Below are positions 31,489-38,906 of a stretch of DNA of 38,906 nt, one piece after another. The DNA lies in assembly GCA_002104905.1 (NCBI GenBank), contig MCFE01000759.1, positions 1-38,906 of the forward strand. Reading direction: 5' to 3'. Under the pieces are notes generated by a model. The model made no database searches and was not told the DNA's origin. It worked only from the letters and a program-made list of their open reading frames with translations. Source of the DNA: Basidiobolus meristosporus CBS 931.73 (lineage: Eukaryota > Fungi > Basidiobolomycota). Position 1 is the first letter of the stretch. Every line of letters starts with the position of its first letter. The position numbers and the translations under genes were made by a program.

Positions 31489-33917
31489 TCAGTCGGATCC
31501 AAGGTTACTAGCACCCAAAGTGGTGATCACCTTGATGATATCTTCGGGTGAATCCACATGCCACAAAGCCTGTGTCTTCTTGTTAGCACTACCAATGGTG
31601 ACTGGGAAGCTTGCCGACTCGGGTAGCTCAGCTTTCCTCAATGCACGGAACATATCCTCGTCTGTTTTGTCGTCACCCGCACAGAAAACGAAGTCGCAAT
31701 CGGTGGTCGCTTTGACAAGCCGCTTAACAATCTCCCCTTTGTTGATGGATACAGGTCGGACCTCCAGGTTCTTCTTCCCCACCAGGATCTCTACTGGCAA
31801 TTTCGATACGACCGCGTTTTCAAGGTGGTTTTGGCATTCTTTAGCTTGGAAGGAGCCATACTCCGGGTCGGCCATTCTATAATGCCATGTCAGAGAGCAC
31901 AGCTTATGCTCAATGAATGAGCCTTGCGTACGCTCAGTGTAATACGTGAAGATCGCCAGCACATCGTTTTTCCAAGAAAGGTCCAAGTCTTCGGTCAGGT
32001 TAATCCATTTACTCTTGTTTTCCGGGTCCGGATACTTAATGAAGCAACCGTGTTCCGCACTCAATCCAAGGTTGGGGACGCCACCTAGCCATTCATCCAA
32101 TGCCGCCTGATCACGTCCAGAGATGACCCAGACGATATTGTGAGGGTCGCTTGTCAGCTTCCGCAGTCCGTCAAGCATCTCTGGGGACGGGAGAGCAGCG
32201 CCAGGCGTCTTACGAATAGCAGTCAAAGTACCATCGTAATCGAAGAGAAGGAGTCTCTTCTTGGAGGACTGGTATTGCTTCACCACAAGGTCTACGTTTA
32301 GGAATGGTGTAGGTGCGGAATGGTCTCCAGAGGCGGAGAGAATCCGGAGTTCCTTGATGAAGTTATTGGCCCAGAACTTGGCAGTGTGTGAAGAGACGTG
32401 ATTATAGAGGAGCAAGTGTTTGATTTGCTTGTCCTCTGAGGACATTGTGAGTGCCTCGTTGATCGAGTCGGCGACTCCCGCGTAGTCCCATGGATTAACC
32501 AAGATCGCGCCGCTGAGAGACCCGGCGGTACCGGTGAATTCACTTAGAATAAGAGGGCCATGGTTCTCTTTTTGGCAGATAACATATTCTTGCGAGGTGG
32601 TATTCATGCCATCTCTGACCGAGGTGATCAGGCCAATGTCCGACAGTCTCAGCAGAGCATAGAACTCCTCTCGATCGATATGAGAGTTGAAGTGATGGAC
32701 AGGCGTGAACTCCAGAGAGCCGTAGGTGCCGTTGATCCGCGAGATCACCTCGGAGACCTTGGACTCCAGCTTAGGAGATTCCCGTTGAGGTGGTGTGGTG
32801 ATTTGGATTAGGACCACCTCGTTTCTCCACTGGGGATATCTTTCCAGGAACTTCTCGAACGCATAAAGCTTCTGTAATACCCCGGTAACCCTGTCCATCT
32901 TGTCTCTGCCAATAATAATCTTCTTGTTCTCGTACATCTCCCGAATGGCCTTCATCTTTTCAATCACCCCGGGAGAGTTTCGGTTGGCCTCTACACTCTT
33001 GACGTCTATACCAATAGGGTAGGTTCCCACAGTAACATAGCCGCCATGATAGTCGACCCCAGTGGGAGTGGACTCCAGGCCTAGCACTCTTGTACAGCTA
33101 CTGATGAAATGTCTGGCATAGGAATACGTCTGGAAACCAATTTGGTTGGCCCCAAGCATGCCCTCCAGAATTTCTTGGCGCTTGGGAGAGCTACGGAAGA
33201 TCTCCGAACTAGGGAATGGTGAGTGAAGGAAGAAACCAATGATTGCATCTGGAATTGCTTGGCGGATCATCCTGGGCACAAGGATTAGATGGTAATCATG
33301 AATCCAAATAATGTCGCCTGGCTTGTAGATCTCCTTGACAGTATCGGCGAACTTTTGGTTGACTTTGACATAATTCGCCCAGTCCTGTGCTTCGCGCGTA
33401 CCGTGGCCTACGGAGTCCCATAAGATATAGTGAAGTAAGGGCCATAAATCTAGGAAAATCAGTTAGAAATCGGTTCGCTTGCCAGAGACGCTCAACTGCA
33501 CGTACCGGTTTTGCAGTACCCCTCATAATGGCCTGCCGCTTCCTTTTCATCCAGGAATACGGGGAGTAGTTTCTCACTCTCCCACAAGAATTTCTTGAGG
33601 GTCTGTTGGTGGTTAGGAGACAAGAAATTCGAGTCCAGTATATCTCCGTTGACGTCCTTTATATCGCCAACACAGCCTACGTGGATGCATTCTTCGGTCT
33701 CCTCAAGTGACCGTAAACCAGCATACATGGCGCTGTGGCCTCTTCTGGGAGCAATTTTCCACTTTGTCTCAGGTGGAGAGGTGGAGAGGACCTTCTCATC
33801 CCCGTGTTTGCTCTCCTTCTGGACCTGCCCCTCGAAACAGCATGCGTGAGGTAGGAAGTGTGTTAGGGTGATAATGCGGCCCTTGGGTTGGTCAGGGAGG
33901 GTTTTTTTGGCTGTCAT
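31489..33917 (-). CDS. TPS2: Trehalose-6-phosphate phosphatase of the TPS complex (GT20 plus HAD phosphatase), 790 aa, exons 33917-33506 and 33449-31489
   Basis: 56-nt GT-AG intron joins YCKT-D-LWPLLHY in frame; WIHDYHL, FFLHSPFPSSE, VRDGMNTTS, intact LFDYDGTL, GDDKTDEDMF. Confidence 0.93.
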
Positions 33918-34172
33918 TTGGTAAAGTGTAAGGAGATTAGGGAGGAATAATTAGAGCAGAGACAAGAATAGTAACCAACGTCAGCAGCAGCAATGGTATA
34001 TATATCGGTAGAGGCAGATGCCCTCGACTTGCCCAAACTGGATCATTTATCAAGTTAAATTTCTCGGTTTGTTGGAATCCTTTCTAGATTTGGACTAATA
34101 ATTGTGGCATTTGGATGGGATTCCATTAGCGCTCATCGAGATTTTGCTCGCGACGTCTTTGAAAGCACGCTC

Positions 34173-34209
34173 ACGTCATTTATCTAAAAGCGCATCAACG
34201 CCAACGTCA
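34173..34209 (-). promoter_or_regulatory. Two CRE/ATF half-sites (TGACGT) upstream of TPS2
   Basis: ACGTCA at 34173-34178 and 34204-34209, ~255-290 bp upstream of the ATG; motif match only. Confidence 0.3.
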
Positions 34210-34611
34210 CTTTGAAAAGCCACCCCGGACTATCATGCTAATCAGAGCTTATCCAGCATCGATACTGGCATCGAAATGGGCACAAACAAATCCATCTCTT
34301 TCCTCAATCGTATCACTTGCAGTTGTACTCCACTGCTCTCTGCTACTACACTACCTTGCTAAATAAGTCACACCAATGACATCAGGGAGGTTCGGAGTTT
34401 GGGTGTTGATTTTTCATTCTAGCAAGATCTGGAAGTGATTCCTGACTTACCCAAATTGGCCAGAACTAGCTTATGTCATAGTAATTTATTATCATCATCT
34501 TGGAATGATGTAAAGACAACCTTAAAATGTAGGCTGCTGGGATAAGTGCCATCCTTACATAACCCAACATCATAATTGATCCCCAGAACATTAACCTTGG
34601 TTGGGATTTCG

Positions 34612-34955
34612 CTAGTCTTTGGCGCTGGTGACTTTTTGTACGGCCTCCTTGATCTCCTGCTTGAAGTCTGAGGCGGTGTTTGAAATGGCGCTCTTGGCCT
34701 CGGCAGATCCTTCTTTCAAGTTGTTTCGAACCTTCTCGAAAGTCTCGCCTTGTTCTTTTAATGCTTTGTCGTGGGCCTCCTGTGCCTCTCTGGAGTAGGT
34801 GGTTAGGGTTTTAGCGCGCCAGGTGGACAAGGGCTAGTTTAGGAATGGACTGACCTGGCCATGTGTTCCAAGGGGGGTCCGAATATGTAAAGGCCTGAAA
34901 GAACACCAACACCGCCCGCCATCAATACTGCACCATACCTCCTAAGGAATTCCAT
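34612..34955 (-). CDS. 92-aa single-pass membrane microprotein (PIGBOS1-like N-terminus), exons 34955-34855 and 34789-34612
   Basis: ATG exon MEFLRRYGAVLMAGGVGVLSGLYIFGPPLEHMAR, 65-nt GT-AG intron with CTAAC, in-frame charged helical tail. Confidence 0.8.
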
Positions 34956-35084
34956 TTCTTGTCGTTAAGGGAGAGGATACGTGGATTTAGTGTTCGCGAG
35001 AATGTGTCTCTTGGAAATGATGTTTTTGGGGGAGGGGAGCCTCATAATCCTTAAAAAGATTTCCACCTACTTTGCTCCGCCAGT

Positions 35085-35092
35085 TGACGTCA
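35085..35092. promoter_or_regulatory. Perfect CRE palindrome TGACGTCA
   Basis: 130 bp upstream of the microprotein ATG; motif match only. Confidence 0.3.
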
Positions 35093-35374
35093 CATCGCGT
35101 GGCCACCTTGGATCACCTAAACCATGCTAACATGGACTCTGGATAATCCGCGCTAAATTGGGTTATGCTGGCTAACAGATTGATTTCAATGACTTTTACT
35201 ATGGGAAAAACTCCTGTGATCCAATAGGAATCCATGAAAATACTGGATTTGATAGTGGGATTAGTCTTATTACTATGAGTACGAAAGGGCACGGGATACA
35301 TGAGGGAAGCAAGTTCACGGTTTACAGCTATTTTCAGGGTTTTTACAATTGGATCAATGTGATTCATGATTGGT

Positions 35375-37536
35375 TCACTCGACTTGATCGACGGGCTCGG
35401 TAGTAGTAGCATTGGGCTCTGCCTCGACCGGTGCTGGTGCCTGTGCCTGTGCCGGTGGTGGACTTGGCTGCGAGGAAGAGGCGGATAGTTTTTGCTGCTG
35501 TTGCTGACGTAGCATGGCGGTCAAAGTTTCCCGGTTTCTCTTTTCCCTCATACGCTCCAGCTCTTCAGTGCCACCGGTCTTTCGAAGTTTCTTGGAGCCT
35601 ACGAAATCATTCAGTTCGGCCTCGAACTCGTCCACTTTGTTTTCCAGCTCCCAGCGACGCAGTTTTTCCGACTGGGCCATCGCCCGCATACGCCGATCGG
35701 AGTTGGGATCGACGCAGGCAATCTCTTGGAACACGTTCCCCAGGACATCATGCTTCTCTTCGATCGACGCCACATCGATGATGATCGGCTTCACGGCGGT
35801 TTTGGCCTTCAGCTCCAATATCTTACCCAGCTGCTCCAACAAAGTCTGGGACTCCTTGTGTTCATCCTCGAGGTCGTTCAGTAGAGCCTGATGCTTCTTC
35901 AGGAACTCTTGACAGCTGATGATATGCTTGAGCTCCTCCTCGAAATTCTTCTTCCATCCAGGAGTCACCTCGTCCACGTAATTCCTTTGTCCAACCAATT
36001 CCTCCGCAATGGCTCTGGATTCCTTAAACGCGAAATCCACCTGGAACTTGCTAGGCTTACCATTCTTGATCACAAGGGCTTTCATGTCGTCGATGATGTC
36101 CTGAAGATCGTGCATCCTGTCGTACACTGAGATGGCCTTTTGCTCGAGCTTATTGATCCCGGCGTCGATGACTGTGCGGGAGCTCTGTGGGGTTTTCTCC
36201 AACTTCTCTTTGAATATCTTGGTGCTGGTGGCCAGGTTGGTCAGCATGCTGTTGGCCTCCGTTTGGTATTCGCTGTAGAGTTGCTTGACCACGCTGAGTT
36301 CGGTTCGCAGGGAACGGATCTCATTCTGAAATTGACGCACCTTCTCTTGCGGCAGGGTGGAGCTGTTGGAGACAATGCCGCGGCCATTTCCATTACCTAC
36401 TACCAAGCGGCTATCGACTGACCCTATGGCAGCGATCGTGTTGCTTCGATGGAGGCCTCCTTCGGGAATTACCGCGGCAAGGTTTCCCGGTTTACACAGG
36501 GACTTCAGTTCCTTCAACTCGTTGGCAACCATGGCAAATCCGTCATCCACCTGTTTCTGAAGTGAGTCGACTTTCGATTCGGAAGGGGCTGTTCAAGATA
36601 GAGTGAAGACAAGACGTTTAGCGAAGGTTGAAGAATCCCGACGGCTCCTACGGTTTACCTGGTAGGTGGAATCTCAAGTGGGACTTGTCCATCAGATCCT
36701 GCACATCCTCAAGTTCGTACCACACACGAGCGTCCTTGTCCTCGACGTAGATGGGTGGGAGCTTGTCCTGTTCAAATGAGCACCCGAATTTCTCCACAAA
36801 CAGTTGGCCCAGCTGAGAGAGGGTGGGGCTTTCTGGAAGGGTGGCCTTCTTTACCTGTTGCTCGAATTCAAGGAAGATCGTTTTCTCCTCTGCGAAGGAA
36901 ATAATCGGGGTCAAGCAGGGTTAGTACTGGTTCTAAAAGCGTCGGGATGGTGGACGTCTTGGTACCTTTTTTCTGCTCGGTCTGGGGTAGAGGGGCCGAG
37001 TTGGTTTCGATAGGGGCCACTTGCTCCGGGTTGGTTTCAGGTTGGCCGGGAGCTGGGTAAGTCGGTTGCAGGCTGGGTTCAGTCTGAGGGGTTTCCATAG
37101 GAATTGGGGTGTGTGGAGGAATTAAAGATTCTGGCCGGGCTTCTCTTAGGGTGCTGACCCGTTCTGGTGGTGAGGAGCTACGGCCATAGGTATGCGAGCG
37201 ATGGATGGCTGTGTATCGGTTATTGTTATGGCTTGGTAAACCAGCATCTGCGGTATCGAGGGTGGGAGGTGCCGGTGGATTCACTACAGGATAAGGTGAA
37301 GGTTCATATCCAGTAGGATAATCCGGCGTCCGAGGCATGTAATTCTGGTAAGTTTGGTTAGGGTATGGAGGCAGATGTCCTGAAGGAGGGTAATTTGGCT
37401 GAGGATAGCCTTGTTGATTCCAGGTTCCAGCATTTTCAGCAGTGTTCGGGTGCGGATACTCCCATGTTTGAGGATGGGTAGCTGCGCGAGGAGGCGAAGT
37501 GTGCTGGGAATAATACCGTTGGTAATCGTCAGCCAT
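35375..37536 (-). CDS. BUD6: Bud6/AIP3-family actin-interacting polarity protein, 671 aa, exons 37536-36966, 36889-36659 and 36588-35375
   Basis: Two GT-AG introns (76 nt with TACTAAC; 70 nt) keep the frame; TIFLEF..KK..LP, IYVED....VWYELEDV.DL, WKKNFEEELKHI, FEAELNDFV...KLRKTGGTEELER. Confidence 0.85.
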
Positions 37537-38215
37537 GTGAAGGTATGTAGACTAAAGGTGGTGCGAGAATACTTGAGTCGGATAAGAAAAGGTGATTGGG
37601 GCTTGGTCCAGATGTTCCAAGTCGGTGGACTTGTCCTTGTTGAAGTGAACTCAGTTGATTGGGGGTAAATTATCTGATAGTAAAAAGGATACTTTTGAGC
37701 CAATCATAGCTGGCTGACTCCTTTACGTTATGGATTTTTAGGGAGCTCTGATTTTCAAAATCTAACCTGTTTACAACGGAAACCTTCAAGCTAGCCATCT
37801 GCAAACTCCACCATAGCACCACAACAGTTATTTTGAATGGTGAGTGCATACCAGATTCACTGTATTGGAGTGGCCATATCTGTGCTTATGCATGTACCCT
37901 CGAAGCAAGCCTTATTATAAAGATGGGTTAACGATCTCACCGAAGTGAATTGTCAGCAGATGAATTGTTGCAAAACAATGTTCAGAAATTATTACATAGA
38001 GTATAGATCTGAAGCCATCACAAGGTTTTCTAGTTGAAAACTACCAAAAACTTCGAAGCGCAGTTCAATAATTTAATTACACTAGCCTAAGGCACATCAA
38101 GGTTGCAGGATGGAAGGTTAGGGATAGGAGTAGGAAAGGAGTAAAGGAAACATGGAGGGATAAATACAGGAGAGAACTCATTAGCGACTAAAAACTATAT
38201 GTACATTAACGACAA

Positions 38216-38906
38216 TCAGTGAGATATGCTGATCTCTTTAAGGTGTGATTGCTTATCTTCGTATCCCGCCTCTAATTCTTCGCCCATAGTTATACGATCT
38301 TCCTCCGTTTCTCTGCCGAAATCGTTCTCCCACTTGGCCAGTATCACTGTGGCGAGGCAGTTTCCCACGATGTTGATAGCGGTTCGTCCCATATCCATCA
38401 AAGCATCAATCCCCATGATCACTGCTACTGCTTCAAGAGGCAGATTATAGTTCTTGAGAGTGGCGGCTAGAATGACCAGAGACGCACGTGGTACGGCAGC
38501 CACTCCCTTGGAGGTTAACATCAACGTAAACATCATGGCCATTTGTTGACTCAGTGGCATGTCGATTCCGTCTGCCTGTACGGCAAAGATAGATGCTAGT
38601 GCAAGATAGAGTGTAGTGCCCGCCAAGTTGAATGAGTAGCCAACTGGCATCACGAAAGCGGCAATACTCTTGGGAACCCCAAAGGCTTGAAGATTTTCCA
38701 TGGCCATAGGGAGCACTGCCTCAGACGATGCAGTGGAAAATCCTATGAGGGTGGGGCGCCAGGTGCATCTTACAAAGCCTTTGAATGGAATACGGGTCAA
38801 GATAATGCTGGGGACCAGAACCACTAGGATGAATAGAATGAGTGAAAGGTAAAAGCATCCCAGAAGTTTCCCTAAGGTTGCTAAAATTCCAATCCCGTTC
38901 TTCCCA
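38216..38906 (-). CDS. Dicarboxylate/amino acid:cation symporter (DAACS/SLC1, GltP-like); 5' part lies outside the window
   Basis: FSTASSEAVLP (HP1), GYSFNLAGTTLY (TM7), TSKGVAAVPRAS (HP2), DMGRTAINIVGN (TM8); open and intronless to the window edge. Confidence 0.92.
   Translation of the reverse strand, partial: GKNGIGILATLGKLLGCFYLSLILFILVVLVPSIILTRIPFKGFVRCTWRPTLIGFSTASSEAVLPMAMENLQAFGVPKSIAAFVMPVGYSFNLAGTTLYLALASIFAVQADGIDMPLSQQMAMMFTLMLTSKGVAAVPRASLVILAATLKNYNLPLEAVAVIMGIDALMDMGRTAINIVGNCLATVILAKWENDFGRETEEDRITMGEELEAGYEDKQSHLKEISISH

Noticed and set aside
32298-33849. Short ORFs overlapping TPS2 (32298-32543, 32560-32811, 33296-33577, 33387-33569, 33595-33849)
   Set aside because: Shadow frames of a well-supported gene.
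34800-34812. GGTTAGGGTT as a telomeric repeat
   Set aside because: A single unit that coincides with the intron branch point (CTAAC) of the small gene.
35113-36560. ORFs 35113-35412, 35431-35781, 35514-35891, 35891-36130, 36140-36421 and 36357-36560
   Set aside because: Antisense or UTR ORFs of the Bud6/AIP3 gene with no family motifs.

Overview
Eukaryotic, fungal-type DNA (GT-AG introns of 56-76 nt, one with a perfect TACTAAC branch point). An early-diverging fungus is plausible, but that is inference. The first ~31 kb is a retroelement thicket built around eight copies of a single tRNA-Gly(CCC) gene: five identical, two with CpG mutations only, one pseudogene. Six copies form three convergent pairs (335/891, 13537/14174, 27101/27738). 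Six of the eight have an LTR edge 9-11 bp upstream, each from a different LTR family, so Ty3/gypsy elements appear to stack at the Pol III start site. Two elements have fully open but incomplete ORFs. One is a 3.6-kb Gag-protease-only element with apparently identical 804-bp LTRs and only 8 CpGs (18325-21941). The other is a 2.4-kb element whose Gag is fused in frame to an intact integrase, with no protease, RT or RNase H (27820-30212). Older elements show CpG decay, deletions, an inversion and nested solo LTRs. The last ~7.5 kb holds ordinary minus-strand genes: TPS2-type trehalose-phosphate phosphatase, a 92-aa membrane microprotein, a Bud6/AIP3 homolog and the 3' end of a bacterial-like DAACS transporter. 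LTR family letters A-I are my own labels. All counts and alignments were made by eye.
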